A stretch of DNA of 64,000 nucleotides from Escherichia virus TH57: sequence record MT446422.1; one strand, written 5' to 3'. The notes under the pieces were generated by a model. The model did not search any database. It was not told the DNA's origin and worked only from the letters and a program-made list of their open reading frames with translations. Each line of letters begins with the position of its first letter. The first letter of the stretch is position 1. The translations under genes and the position numbers were made by a program. Positions 26,869 to 36,196 of this stretch are shown here, piece by piece.

Positions 26869-26876
26869 TATAAATA
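26869..26876 (+). promoter_or_regulatory. late promoter TATAAATA for soc
   Basis: Exact TATAAATA about 32 nt upstream of soc ATG. Confidence 0.6.
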
Positions 26877-26907
26877 CACCTGTAATTAAACATCAAAGGA
26901 GTTTATT

Positions 26908-27141
26908 ATGGGTGGTTTCGTTAATATCAAAACCTTCACGCATGCAGCTGGTGAAGGTAAAGAAGTTAAAGGTACTGAGGTTTCAGTTCCATTTGAAATC
27001 TATTCTGATGCGCATCGTATTGCTAATGCTCATTATCAGACTTTCCCTTCGGCCGTTGCAGCCTATTCTACCGTAGTGACTGATGCTGCTGACTGGAAGA
27101 CCAAGAACGAGGCAATGTTTACGCCGACCGATATTGTTTAA
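26908..27141 (+). CDS. soc: small outer capsid protein Soc
   Basis: 77 aa; motifs FVNIKTF and AHYQTFPS..AAYSTV as recalled for T4 Soc; late promoter TATAAATA upstream. Confidence 0.8.
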   Translation: MGGFVNIKTFTHAAGEGKEVKGTEVSVPFEIYSDAHRIANAHYQTFPSAVAAYSTVVTDAADWKTKNEAMFTPTDIV

Positions 27142-27147
27142 TTATAG

Positions 27148-27170
27148 GGAACCTTCGGGTTCCCTTTTTG
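27148..27170 (+). terminator. rho-independent terminator after soc
   Basis: GGGAACC ttcg GGTTCCC followed by TTTTT. Confidence 0.6.
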
Positions 27171-27192
27171 CTTTTAATAGAAGCGGTATAAT
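27169..27192 (+). promoter_or_regulatory. candidate middle promoter (MotA box plus -10)
   Basis: tTGCTTTt then 11 nt then TATAAT, directly after soc terminator. Confidence 0.4.
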
Positions 27193-27217
27193 TATTTCAA
27201 TTACAGAGGAGAATACT

Positions 27218-27415
27218 ATGTTAAACCGTTGGATTAAACCAAATAAAGCTTTAGATGAAATTATTGCTCATGATGTCCATTTTAAGTACGGATTGGGTGT
27301 GTTTGATGAGGTTATCGTACATTCATTCATGATGCATGACGATGACTCTTTAGAATTCAATATTGAAATCCGTTATGATGATGGTCAAGTTGAATTTAAA
27401 CGAGGTTTCCTATGA
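27218..27415 (+). CDS. hypothetical protein (65 aa)
   Basis: ATG with AGAGGAGAA RBS downstream of a MotA-box-type promoter. Confidence 0.35.
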   Translation: MLNRWIKPNKALDEIIAHDVHFKYGLGVFDEVIVHSFMMHDDDSLEFNIEIRYDDGQVEFKRGFL

Positions 27416-27771
27416 TTAGTTGGCTCAAGAATTTGTTCAAGACCAAACCAAACGAGGGTGTGGTTCCGGTTAGCCTGCCGGATGTTAAGCTAAGAGAATA
27501 TGTTTACATGGGTGACGGCATGATGGAAGAAGTTCGTCGACGTCCAGAAAAAGCCGGTAATGTCGGGCCAGGTGCATTACCATTGAATTCGAAAAAGTTA
27601 AAAGAGCATCTGGATTCAAGACGTCCTGCAAACCATATTAATACCACTCCAGTTATCGATACTACTTCGATTGTGGTTACGGCCGCTGCAGTCAGTTCCT
27701 GGACCGGTGATTCGTCTTATTCCTCCTATGATTCGGGAAGCTGTGATTCGTCTTCCAGCTCGTGTGATTAA
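27412..27771 (+). CDS. hypothetical protein (119 aa) with Ser/Cys-rich C-terminal tail
   Basis: C-terminus SSWTGDSSYSSYDSGSCDSSSSSCD. Confidence 0.45.
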   Translation: MISWLKNLFKTKPNEGVVPVSLPDVKLREYVYMGDGMMEEVRRRPEKAGNVGPGALPLNSKKLKEHLDSRRPANHINTTPVIDTTSIVVTAAAVSSWTGDSSYSSYDSGSCDSSSSSCD

Positions 27772-27966
27772 ATGAGAATTACAAGTTGGCTTAAAGATTG
27801 GTTGGTTACTCCAGGGATTGATGATTCCTGGGTGGCCAGAGCCGAGGAAGAAATGCAACGCGAAGCCGAAGAATGGGCTGTTAACGGGCTTAAAGCCATG
27901 CAGGAAAAGAAGACTGAACGAGCAGCGCTTAAACTGATGCGTGATATCTACGGAGATAAATCATGA
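27772..27966 (+). CDS. hypothetical protein (64 aa)
   Basis: ORF only. Confidence 0.35.
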   Translation: MRITSWLKDWLVTPGIDDSWVARAEEEMQREAEEWAVNGLKAMQEKKTERAALKLMRDIYGDKS

Positions 27967-28112
27967 CACAAGAAGATGCTGAACGCCGAGCAAAAGAAGC
28001 ACTGGATTTGCTTTTGAAAATTGGCAGTAAAATGATGGAAGAAAACGAAAAGTACATCAAGGAAAATAAAGTTCCTGATGGTCCATTAGTCGGTAAGAGG
28101 AAAACATTATGA
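27963..28112 (+). CDS. hypothetical protein (49 aa)
   Basis: ATG overlaps upstream stop (ATGA); stop overlaps next start. Confidence 0.3.
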   Translation: MTQEDAERRAKEALDLLLKIGSKMMEENEKYIKENKVPDGPLVGKRKTL

Positions 28113-28597
28113 AAGTATATGAATTAGAATTCTATGTCCGTGATTCGGCAGGTCAAACACGACCTTACGATGCTACCGCATGCCTTATCATGGTTTACAA
28201 TGGCATGGATTCGGTTACTGAGTTAGAAACAAAATTAATGAACCTGACGATGCCAGAAAATGTCATGATGAAGGTATTTCATAACAAAAACGTTAATGTG
28301 GCTGAAGGGTGTCCGTTTACTGTTTCTGAAGCTCTGCACATCAAAGGCTATCGTCACCCGGACCCTTATGCAGAAGGTACTGCGGATATTTTCTATAAAG
28401 ATACCGATAGAATTTCAGAAGAACGCCTTAAAGGTCGCACATATCTGATTTCCACTACCGACGACCTTGCTGAAGTTGAACGTCAGATTTGGAAGCACTT
28501 TGATATTGGCTTACGCTTTACTTTAACAGAAGAAGCTATTCAAGATACTAAAATGCGTGCTCATATGTATGGTTACGGTCCGATTGGTGGTTACTAA
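28109..28597 (+). CDS. hypothetical protein (162 aa), Mrh-position
   Basis: ORF between soc and the Mod ADP-ribosyltransferases; size matches T4 mrh; by position only. Confidence 0.4.
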   Translation: MKVYELEFYVRDSAGQTRPYDATACLIMVYNGMDSVTELETKLMNLTMPENVMMKVFHNKNVNVAEGCPFTVSEALHIKGYRHPDPYAEGTADIFYKDTDRISEERLKGRTYLISTTDDLAEVERQIWKHFDIGLRFTLTEEAIQDTKMRAHMYGYGPIGGY

Positions 28598-28776
28598 TGG
28601 ATTTATTTGAACTTTTTGAAGAGCCTAAAGCTCATACGGAAGCCCGTGTGGACCTAGTTGACGAACTTGATGCGATTATACAGAAGCACGGTTTTAGTCT
28701 CCCAATGGAAGTTCTACGCGACCTGGCCTCATATTACGACGACCCACCTCCATGGGCACCATGGGTGAAACAATGA
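28597..28776 (+). CDS. hypothetical protein (59 aa)
   Basis: ATG overlaps upstream stop (TAATG). Confidence 0.3.
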   Translation: MDLFELFEEPKAHTEARVDLVDELDAIIQKHGFSLPMEVLRDLASYYDDPPPWAPWVKQ

Positions 28777-29006
28777 ACTGGTTAACAAATATCCCCACAT
28801 CGGCACTGGATATCGACCGTAAACATGCTCATAAGGAAATTGAGCAACAAAAAATTAATCGTTTACAAAGGCTTAAGACTGAATCCGAGACAATTAAAGT
28901 CAAACGCCCGACAGAATCGAAAAGTTCTTACTCATCATATCAATCTCCGATTGGCATGGCCGTAGACATTGCAGTCTTTGGCACCCCACTTGGAGTATTT
29001 AAGTAG
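28773..29006 (+). CDS. hypothetical protein (77 aa)
   Basis: ATG overlaps upstream stop (ATGA). Confidence 0.35.
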   Translation: MNWLTNIPTSALDIDRKHAHKEIEQQKINRLQRLKTESETIKVKRPTESKSSYSSYQSPIGMAVDIAVFGTPLGVFK

Positions 29007-29062
29007 TTTACTTACTCCCCTCCTAATGACATAATGGTCTTTCTTACAACAGAGAGGCCATT

Positions 29063-29623
29063 ATGAACATCATCAAATCTGATACCGAACCCAACCAGTT
29101 AAAATTTAGTGAAATGGAGATAGCTTCATTATTTGAGTGCCGTACAGCAAAGGTTGATAAGACCTTGCATTCAAATGTCAACTCAATCATCAAGTCAAGG
29201 TTATCTATACCCGATACAGTCTTGTATCGTGGGGTAACCCAGCAAGAGATTGATTTATTAGATGAAGCAAAAGAATCAATGCAACCTTTTGAATTTGGAA
29301 GGATAACCTCCTTTACAGAAGACTATGGTATTGCCAGGGATTTTGCTGCAATGGAATATGTATCAAGGACTATCATCAGATTGAATCATACAAAAGCTTT
29401 TTGTTACCATGATGCGATGCGCAAAATTGCGCTTGATGTTCCACTGGAATTCTTCAATACTGCTTCTGGTTCCGAACAGGCGGCAACGTTAAGACGTGAA
29501 GAATATATGGACATGATTGATTCTGAGCTTGAATGGTTTGTTCCAGCTGACCAGAAATTCGTGATAGTTGATGCTGGATTTGTTGGTGATTATTATGTTC
29601 TTGACTGTGTACAAGAGCAATAA
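29063..29623 (+). CDS. ADP-ribosyltransferase, ModA/ModB family
   Basis: R-S-E type ART signature (LYRGV, ITSFTED, SELEWF); canonical position between soc and dda. Confidence 0.55.
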   Translation: MNIIKSDTEPNQLKFSEMEIASLFECRTAKVDKTLHSNVNSIIKSRLSIPDTVLYRGVTQQEIDLLDEAKESMQPFEFGRITSFTEDYGIARDFAAMEYVSRTIIRLNHTKAFCYHDAMRKIALDVPLEFFNTASGSEQAATLRREEYMDMIDSELEWFVPADQKFVIVDAGFVGDYYVLDCVQEQ

Positions 29624-29636
29624 GACACGTTAATAT
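29607..29636 (+). promoter_or_regulatory. early-type promoter cassette (GTGTACA, 18 nt, TAATAT)
   Basis: -35-like element lies in the 3' end of the upstream ART gene; leader CCTATCAACTACTGATGAGGA then ATG 29668. Confidence 0.45.
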
Positions 29637-29667
29637 GTTCCTATCAACTACTGATGAGGATAATAAA

Positions 29668-30282
29668 ATGCTGTACACTGATGATGTTTTGAATGGAATT
29701 ATTGACACTGCTGCTTCTAGTGAGTCTTTTCGTGACCAATGTCAAGCGGAGATTGATGCTCTTTATACAGATGAAGAGCAATCGGTACTCTGGCAGTGTA
29801 TGGAAAATAAACCCGACTTGATTCAAGAAGACTTAACCAGGATTATCCGCAACAATCTGAATACTGCACCGCCTGCGGCATTGTTCCGTGGTATATCAAA
29901 GAAAACTATGGAATACCTGGAAGATTTAAGATATGTTGGTGCGACAATTGAGTTCAACCGTGTAATGAGTTTTTCCAGGGACTGGCAGGTTGCAAGAAAT
30001 TTTGCATCATACAGTTTCTATGGCACAAGGAACATTTTCTGTATAAACAATGCACCATATGCGTATAACTATCAGGAAGCAATCTTCAAAATGATTTGCG
30101 GTGCTCCTCCTGAAGAGTTCAATGGTGCATATCCAGAAGCAACCAGGAAGTCAAACTTGCACCTGGTTAATGATGAAGATGAGTTTATGTTTCCCGCTGG
30201 GACTACGCTCCGCGTAGACTTGATTGAAACACACCCATTGAATAACCTGTATACTGTTTGGCATTTAACTGTTTTGAACTAA
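29668..30282 (+). CDS. ADP-ribosyltransferase, ModA/ModB family (second paralog)
   Basis: ART signature (LFRGI, MSFSRD, DEDEFMF); start at ATG 29668 after the conserved leader. Confidence 0.55.
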   Translation: MLYTDDVLNGIIDTAASSESFRDQCQAEIDALYTDEEQSVLWQCMENKPDLIQEDLTRIIRNNLNTAPPAALFRGISKKTMEYLEDLRYVGATIEFNRVMSFSRDWQVARNFASYSFYGTRNIFCINNAPYAYNYQEAIFKMICGAPPEEFNGAYPEATRKSNLHLVNDEDEFMFPAGTTLRVDLIETHPLNNLYTVWHLTVLN

Positions 30283-30341
30283 CCAAAGACCTTAGAACCA
30301 TTATACACAGTAAAAATAAAAGCGTTAAAGGTGAAAAAGTA

Positions 30342-30370
30342 GTGTACATAAAAGATGAATAGTATATAAT
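30342..30370 (+). promoter_or_regulatory. early-type promoter cassette (GTGTACA, 17 nt, TATAAT)
   Basis: Followed by GATTCCGTACTGAGTTA leader variant; upstream of ORF 30416. Confidence 0.5.
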
Positions 30371-30415
30371 GATTCCGTACTGAGTTATTCACGTCCGTAA
30401 GATGAGAAAAATATC

Positions 30416-31162
30416 ATGACTTTATCAAAAACCAAAACACTGAAAGTTAAACGTCGTCTGGAACACACTCAAGCTTCTGCTAAACGTCGTGGTAAGGACT
30501 TTAACCTGGATTTCAATTACCTGGTTAACATTCTTGACCAAAAAGTTTGTGCTTATTCTGGTGAAGCATTTAATAACTCTGTTGAAGACGAGAAGTTATC
30601 ATTAGAACGTTTTAACAATGATATTGGTTATATCAAGGGTAATGTTATTCCTGTTAAAAAGAAATACAACACCATGCGTTCTGATTGGTCCCTGGATGAG
30701 CTTAAACAACGTCGTGATGATGTTGCTGTAAAAATTGCTCGCCCGTCCGCCAAGAAGATTGAAAAGTTAAATCTGACTTCAGAGAAATGGGAACAGATTA
30801 AAAAGGCATATAACCATATAAAGAACATTCAGCACAAACGTGAGAATCGCGTTAAGCATTATGCTCAAATGAGTAAATCAGAACAGTCCAAAGAAAACCA
30901 ATTAAAAATGGTTGCTTTGAAGGCTCGCATTGATGGTTCCCGTGTTGCGGAAGGTCATGAGCTTACTAAATTGAATGTTTTGCTCAAAGGCAATGACTGG
31001 AAAGTTACCAAGAAATTAACTGATGCTGAAACGCTTTTTGATTGCTATGATAAAATCATTCAAGGTCTTGAGCGTTTTGAGAAGATTGGTTTTATTGGTA
31101 AATTAAAACTGAAACGTGGTTTGCCTTTGAACGCGTCAATTTTTAAACTGATTAGAGGTTAA
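30416..31162 (+). CDS. hypothetical protein (248 aa), Srd-position
   Basis: ORF preceded by early promoter cassette; position and size as T4 srd; not verified. Confidence 0.4.
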   Translation: MTLSKTKTLKVKRRLEHTQASAKRRGKDFNLDFNYLVNILDQKVCAYSGEAFNNSVEDEKLSLERFNNDIGYIKGNVIPVKKKYNTMRSDWSLDELKQRRDDVAVKIARPSAKKIEKLNLTSEKWEQIKKAYNHIKNIQHKRENRVKHYAQMSKSEQSKENQLKMVALKARIDGSRVAEGHELTKLNVLLKGNDWKVTKKLTDAETLFDCYDKIIQGLERFEKIGFIGKLKLKRGLPLNASIFKLIRG

Positions 31163-31163
31163 T

Positions 31164-31463
31164 GTGATGTACTACGCATATGTGCTGGTCCACAAAGATA
31201 AAGATGGTTTTGAACACCCATTGGAGTATGATGGAAAGGTGACCTTATACACCACAAAAGCTGGCGCAGATTATGAACTTGCCAACTATTCATATACTAC
31301 AAACCGCTATTTACGCATGGGACGTATTGAAACACGGTATATTCCCAGGAAGTGGTGGTTTGATAAGCGTGAAACAAAAACTGTTTTTCCTACTGAAGAA
31401 CGCGCACGAGAATTGAAATTAGTTTTAGATACTTTATATGTTAAGCGAGTAAAATTGGCATGA
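31164..31463 (+). CDS. hypothetical protein (99 aa)
   Basis: ORF immediately upstream of dda. Confidence 0.4.
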   Translation: MMYYAYVLVHKDKDGFEHPLEYDGKVTLYTTKAGADYELANYSYTTNRYLRMGRIETRYIPRKWWFDKRETKTVFPTEERARELKLVLDTLYVKRVKLA

Positions 31464-32788
31464 TTAAATTTGAAGACTTGAACACAGGACAAAAAGAAGC
31501 TTTTGATTATATCACTGAAGCTATTCAGCGACGTTCAGGGGAATGTATCACTCTGAATGGCCCAGCTGGCACAGGTAAGACCACTCTGACAAAATTTGTC
31601 ATTGACCACTTAGTGCGTAATGGAGTTATGGGAATTGTGCTCGCTGCACCAACTCACCAGGCGAAAAAAGTTTTATCTAAATTGTCTGGTCAAACAGCGA
31701 ATACAATCCATAGTATCCTGAAGATTAACCCGACCACATATGAAGACCAAAACGTTTTTGAACAGCGCGAAATGCCTGACATGTCAAAATGTAATGTTCT
31801 GGTTTGTGATGAAGCAAGTATGTATGACGGGTCTCTGTTTAAGATTATTCTTAACTCTGTTCCCGAATGGTGTACTATTCTTGGGATTGGTGATATGCAC
31901 CAGCTGCAGCCAGTTGACCCAGGAAGCACACAACAAAAGATAAGCCCATTCTTTACGCATCCTAAGTTCAAACAGATTCATCTGACTGAGGTCATGCGAA
32001 GTAATGCTCCTATCATTGAAGTGGCGACAGAAATTCGCAATGGTGGTTGGTTCCGTGACTGCATGTATGAAGGCCATGGCGTGCAAGGTTTCACCTCACA
32101 AACCGCTTTAAAGGATTTCATGATAAACTATTTCAGTATTGTAAAAGATGCTGATATGTTGATGGAAAACAGGATGTATGCATACACGAATAAATCAGTT
32201 GAAAAACTGAACAATATTATTCGTCGCAAGCTATATGAAACGGACAAAGCATTTTTACCGTATGAAGTCCTGGTTATGCAAGAGCCACACATGAAAGAGC
32301 TGGAATTTGAAGGTAAGAAATTCAGCGAAATTATTTTTAACAATGGTCAGTTAGTTCGCATCAAGGATTGCAAATACACTTCCACCATTCTCCGCTGTAA
32401 AGGCGAATCGCACCAGTTAGTGATTAATTACTGGGACCTGGAAGTTGAGTCAATTGATGAAGATGAAGAATATCAGGTTGACCGCATTAAAGTTTTACCA
32501 GAAGACCAGCAACCAAAATTCCAGGCATATCTGGCGAAAGTTGCTGACACATACAAACAGATGAAAGCCGCTGGTAAACGTCCAGAGTGGAAAGACTTCT
32601 GGAAAGCGCGCAGGACCTTCTTGAAAGTTCGTGCTCTTCCGGTCAGTACAATCCATAAGGCACAGGGCGTTTCAGTGGACAAAGCATTCATCTATACTCC
32701 ATGCATCCATATGGCCGAAGCTTCATTAGCGAGCCAGTTGGCTTATGTAGGAATCACACGAGCGAGGTACGACGCATATTATGTATAA
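31460..32788 (+). CDS. dda: DNA helicase Dda (SF1B)
   Basis: 442 aa; Walker A GPAGTGKTT; matches recalled T4 Dda. Confidence 0.92.
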   Translation: MIKFEDLNTGQKEAFDYITEAIQRRSGECITLNGPAGTGKTTLTKFVIDHLVRNGVMGIVLAAPTHQAKKVLSKLSGQTANTIHSILKINPTTYEDQNVFEQREMPDMSKCNVLVCDEASMYDGSLFKIILNSVPEWCTILGIGDMHQLQPVDPGSTQQKISPFFTHPKFKQIHLTEVMRSNAPIIEVATEIRNGGWFRDCMYEGHGVQGFTSQTALKDFMINYFSIVKDADMLMENRMYAYTNKSVEKLNNIIRRKLYETDKAFLPYEVLVMQEPHMKELEFEGKKFSEIIFNNGQLVRIKDCKYTSTILRCKGESHQLVINYWDLEVESIDEDEEYQVDRIKVLPEDQQPKFQAYLAKVADTYKQMKAAGKRPEWKDFWKARRTFLKVRALPVSTIHKAQGVSVDKAFIYTPCIHMAEASLASQLAYVGITRARYDAYYV

Positions 32789-33026
32789 GGTACATAAAGA
32801 AGATTTAGATAATCTTATCTATGGTATTCAGGACGCGGTTGAATTTTTCGAAGATAATCCAACTATCGTCGTGCAGGGTAATTACGTTTTGCTGGAACTG
32901 AATCTTATTCGGAAACGTATGGCCGCGATTGAATATTTTAACAATGAAGAGCCAGGGATTTTTATCTCCGACTATGTTGCTGGTGAAATTCAGAAATTAA
33001 AAGAGATGTGCGATGGTTGCTGGTGA
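32781..33026 (+). CDS. hypothetical protein (81 aa); C-terminus altered by the 40-bp tandem duplication
   Basis: Ends ...KLKEMCDGCW inside copy 2 of the duplication; copy 2 alone would encode ...KLKEMCDD overlapping the dexA start. Confidence 0.45.
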   Translation: MYKVHKEDLDNLIYGIQDAVEFFEDNPTIVVQGNYVLLELNLIRKRMAAIEYFNNEEPGIFISDYVAGEIQKLKEMCDGCW

Positions 33027-33055
33027 AATTCAAAAATTAAAAGAGATGTGCGATG
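32976..33055 (+). repeat. tandem direct duplication, 2 x 40 bp, at the dexA start
   Basis: GTTGCTGGTGAAATTCA(G/A)AAATTAAAAGAGATGTGCGATG repeated head to tail with one mismatch; copy 2 contains the dexA ATG. Confidence 0.8.
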
Positions 33056-33736
33056 ATTGATGCTATTATTGACTTTGAAACTCTAGGAAACGGCTCGAAG
33101 GGAGCCGTTATTGACCTGGCTCTGATTACATTCGAATCTGACCCTGCTATTGTGGAATCATTCGAAACTCTGGTTAATCGCGGCAAACGTATTAAGTTCA
33201 GCCTCGAATACCAAAAAGGTAAGCGGTTGTTCGACACAACAACCATGGGTTGGTGGAAAAAACAATCACCAGAAGCTCGTGTTAACCTGACTCCTTCTGC
33301 GCATGATGTTGATACTCTGACCGGTATCCAACAGGCGATTGACTATCTGAATGGCAATGGAATTAACAAATACGAAAGCCTTATGTGGTGCCGTGGAATG
33401 TCTTTTGACTTCCCGTTGTTTGTCGACCTTATCCGCGACCTACAGCGCAATGAGGGGATTCCTGAGCGTGAATTGAATACCTACGGTCTGGAGCCGGTTG
33501 TATTCTGGAATCAGCGAGATATCAGGACAGCCATCGAAGCCTTATCACTCGTCCGTAAGATGTGTGAAACCCCATTACCGAAAGGGACTTTAGATGGATT
33601 TGTGGCGCACGATTCGGTACATGACTGCGCGAAAGATATTTTGATGTTGAAGTACGCCCAACGCTATGCTCTTGGTTTGGATGAAGTTCCTTCCGAAGAA
33701 GATGCAGACCCGTTATCTTTACCGAAAAAACGATAA
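33053..33736 (+). CDS. dexA: exonuclease A DexA (DnaQ-like)
   Basis: 227 aa; exonuclease motif IDFETLG near N-terminus. Confidence 0.85.
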   Translation: MIDAIIDFETLGNGSKGAVIDLALITFESDPAIVESFETLVNRGKRIKFSLEYQKGKRLFDTTTMGWWKKQSPEARVNLTPSAHDVDTLTGIQQAIDYLNGNGINKYESLMWCRGMSFDFPLFVDLIRDLQRNEGIPERELNTYGLEPVVFWNQRDIRTAIEALSLVRKMCETPLPKGTLDGFVAHDSVHDCAKDILMLKYAQRYALGLDEVPSEEDADPLSLPKKR

Positions 33737-33743
33737 AAAGTAG

Positions 33744-33772
33744 TGTACAAGGCCAATAGAAAGAGACATAAT
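33744..33772 (+). promoter_or_regulatory. early-type promoter cassette (GTGTACA, 17 nt, CATAAT)
   Basis: Leader CATCAACTACTGATGAGGA then ATG 33804. Confidence 0.5.
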
Positions 33773-33803
33773 CATCTCATCAACTACTGATGAGGATAAC
33801 AAA

Positions 33804-34061
33804 ATGATTACTTCTTTTGAAATTGGCCAACAATATGAAATGTCTGCTCTTCAAGCTGCTGAAGCAGGTCTGACTAAAGCGTTTGAATGTGCATTTGCAA
33901 ATATTCGTGGTAAAATCTTTACTGTCAATAAAATTGCGGTATATGATAAAGAAACAGACATGAACAAAGGCATCTACCTGAACGTGTCAAATGCAAAAGG
34001 CCGTCGTGAAATTATGGTTGTACAACCTAATCAACTGGCGATGTTCAATAAGGTTGCATAA
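33804..34061 (+). CDS. hypothetical protein (85 aa)
   Basis: ORF after early promoter cassette. Confidence 0.45.
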   Translation: MITSFEIGQQYEMSALQAAEAGLTKAFECAFANIRGKIFTVNKIAVYDKETDMNKGIYLNVSNAKGRREIMVVQPNQLAMFNKVA

Positions 34062-34816
34062 TGAAACCAGAATTTATTGACTTTGATGTTGTAAGCACTT
34101 ATGTGTGTCCAATTAAACCATTAAAACTTGAGAAACAAAATATGACTATTGAAATTAACAAAACTTATCAACTGATTGAACCTATTATTCAAAACGCAGC
34201 TATGATTTCTGGGTATAATACTTTGACTGATGCTTTAGGTGAAGGTGAATTTGTTGTTGAAACTTTTGTAAAAAGTAACTGGTTTGATAAAGCATATATT
34301 TTGCATGCCCGTCGTCTGGATACTAATGAAGTGGAAAAAATTATGGTTTATGAAGCTGAGATTGAACTTTTCAAAGAAGTTGAAGAAACTCCTATCAAAG
34401 TTGGTAAAACATATCAGCTTATTGAAGATGGTAGTCAGTTTGATAATGCTATCGCACTGCATGCAGGCTGGCGTGTGCTGAAAGGTATTTTTGGCTTTGC
34501 TCCATTTACCGTTGAAACAGTTAAGTACCACAATCACTTAAATATCTTTGAATTTACTGCAATTAATGAATCAGGTGACAATCTTGAAGCTATCCTTTAT
34601 CCGCGTGAATCTGTACTGTTGGAAGAAGTTAACGAACTGGGTGACCCTATTGACTTGTTATGTAAACCAGTTCAAATCAAACGCCCATTTAACAGTTCCA
34701 TTTGTGGTTGGGTAACAGACCAGTGGATTGAAGATGGGGTTGAACTCCTGAACGTCGTCCATGCTGGTGAATTTACTGTTGTCCCACGTTCCATGGTTGT
34801 TCAAATTTTTAATTAA
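34061..34816 (+). CDS. hypothetical protein (251 aa) with internally repeated domain
   Basis: Two copies of a KTYQLIE.. domain; C-terminal segment WVTDQWIEDGVELLNVVHAGEFTVVPRS shared with ORF 34894. Confidence 0.5.
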   Translation: MKPEFIDFDVVSTYVCPIKPLKLEKQNMTIEINKTYQLIEPIIQNAAMISGYNTLTDALGEGEFVVETFVKSNWFDKAYILHARRLDTNEVEKIMVYEAEIELFKEVEETPIKVGKTYQLIEDGSQFDNAIALHAGWRVLKGIFGFAPFTVETVKYHNHLNIFEFTAINESGDNLEAILYPRESVLLEEVNELGDPIDLLCKPVQIKRPFNSSICGWVTDQWIEDGVELLNVVHAGEFTVVPRSMVVQIFN

Positions 34817-34821
34817 GTTTA

Positions 34822-34851
34822 GTGTACAAACTCTTGGGGTCGGAGTATAAT
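34822..34851 (+). promoter_or_regulatory. early-type promoter cassette (GTGTACA, 18 nt, TATAAT) with stem-loop
   Basis: TGGGGTC..TATAAT..GACCCCA stem-loop; upstream of ORF 34894. Confidence 0.5.
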
Positions 34852-34893
34852 GACCCCACTGGAGAATAAACTTATTAACCAAGAGAGAAAATT

Positions 34894-35385
34894 ATGAAAG
34901 TTGAAGCTGGTGATATTGTACGTGTTTCTAAAGAATCTCGTTCCAAAGCTGCTGGTCGTTTTGTTGAGGTTGTGGGTCTTCGCACTAATTTAGCAGGTGG
35001 AATTAAAGAAGTTAAAGTGCGCATCATTCCTAAAAATGGTCAGACTGAAACTCAATTGGCTTATGTGCATCCTAAATTCCTGGAATCAACCGAATTTACT
35101 GGGTACATCGCTCCTGTGGCCGAAGAAGTTGAAACTATTGACCAGTCTCATGTTGGGGTTGATTTTAAATGGAAATTGGGCAAAGGTGTCTTTTTTGTTT
35201 CACCTAAACCGTTTGAATATAATTGTCAGTATGGTCCGACTTATGAAACCACTAGCATGTCTGGTTATATCACAGACCAATGGGTTGAAGAAGGTGTCAA
35301 ACTGTATAATATCGTGTTCCTTGGAACCTTTAAGGTTGTTCCTGAGAGCTTTATTGTCGAGTATGCTGATATTCATTTTGCCTAA
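34894..35385 (+). CDS. hypothetical protein (163 aa), possible MotB-like
   Basis: N-terminal KOW/Tudor-like segment (GDIVRVSKESRSKAAGRFVEVVG); C-terminal domain paralogous to ORF 34061; MotB assignment by size, position and recalled domain organisation only. Confidence 0.45.
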   Translation: MKVEAGDIVRVSKESRSKAAGRFVEVVGLRTNLAGGIKEVKVRIIPKNGQTETQLAYVHPKFLESTEFTGYIAPVAEEVETIDQSHVGVDFKWKLGKGVFFVSPKPFEYNCQYGPTYETTSMSGYITDQWVEEGVKLYNIVFLGTFKVVPESFIVEYADIHFA

Positions 35386-35432
35386 ATTATAAAAATGATA
35401 GGGTAATTTGCCCTATCAATGAGGAGAATATT

Positions 35433-35657
35433 ATGTTTAATGAAGATTGTGTGACCACTTCCCTGACTGCTGAAGAGTTTTGGGATACTGCTGAAAGTGA
35501 TAAAGTGATTGTGAAGAAAAACATCAATGAATTTCTTTGCACCACTGATATCATTTATGTGTATGCAGACAAAGACGCAGAACTACCTAGCTATGCGTTG
35601 TTCCGTGAAGAATCAGAAGATGGTACAGATTTTTGGAAGGAGATTTATAATGTCTAA
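35433..35657 (+). CDS. hypothetical protein (74 aa)
   Basis: ATG with GAGGAGAA RBS after hairpin. Confidence 0.4.
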   Translation: MFNEDCVTTSLTAEEFWDTAESDKVIVKKNINEFLCTTDIIYVYADKDAELPSYALFREESEDGTDFWKEIYNV

Positions 35658-36009
35658 ATTTGAAACTGATAAGTGGTATTATTTTAAAGATAATGTTGCT
35701 GAAAGCAGATTCCGTTTGTTATGCACAGATAATGATAATATAGCCAATGCTATAATCAATGGCGAGGGATTTAGACCAGTCAGAATTGAAGATGGTGATG
35801 TGTGTAAAATGGAATTATCAACTGGTGAATTTGTGAGCCTATTCATAAAGGAAGATGAATTCCGTTTCTTTGAAGAAGAAAAAGATGACGGCGATGAAGA
35901 AACTGAAGCTCCAGAAATCACTGCATTCCCATTGACTAAAATCACCATTAGTAATAATGAAGAAGCCTGGTCAGTTTTCCAGATGTTGAAAGCACACTTT
36001 AAGGAATAA
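35650..36009 (+). CDS. hypothetical acidic protein (119 aa)
   Basis: ATG 35650 overlapping upstream stop; acidic C-terminal stretch. Confidence 0.4.
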   Translation: MSKFETDKWYYFKDNVAESRFRLLCTDNDNIANAIINGEGFRPVRIEDGDVCKMELSTGEFVSLFIKEDEFRFFEEEKDDGDEETEAPEITAFPLTKITISNNEEAWSVFQMLKAHFKE

Positions 36010-36016
36010 TTTAGAG

Positions 36017-36190
36017 ATGCCACTTTATGATTACAAATGCCAATCTGAAGACTGCGCAAAAGAATACGAAAAAATCAAGAAAATCTCTGAAAGAGATAAT
36101 GATGTTTGTCCTGATTGTCATCGGCTGGCTGTTCGGCTAGTCTCGGCCCCCAAACATGTTAATGGTGGGGTTTACGACCTGCTTAAATGA
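36017..36190 (+). CDS. small zinc-ribbon protein (57 aa)
   Basis: CxxC...CPxC arrangement (YDYKCQSEDC ... CPDCHR); below ORF-track size cut-off. Confidence 0.45.
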   Translation: MPLYDYKCQSEDCAKEYEKIKKISERDNDVCPDCHRLAVRLVSAPKHVNGGVYDLLK

Positions 36191-36196
36191 GGAAAT

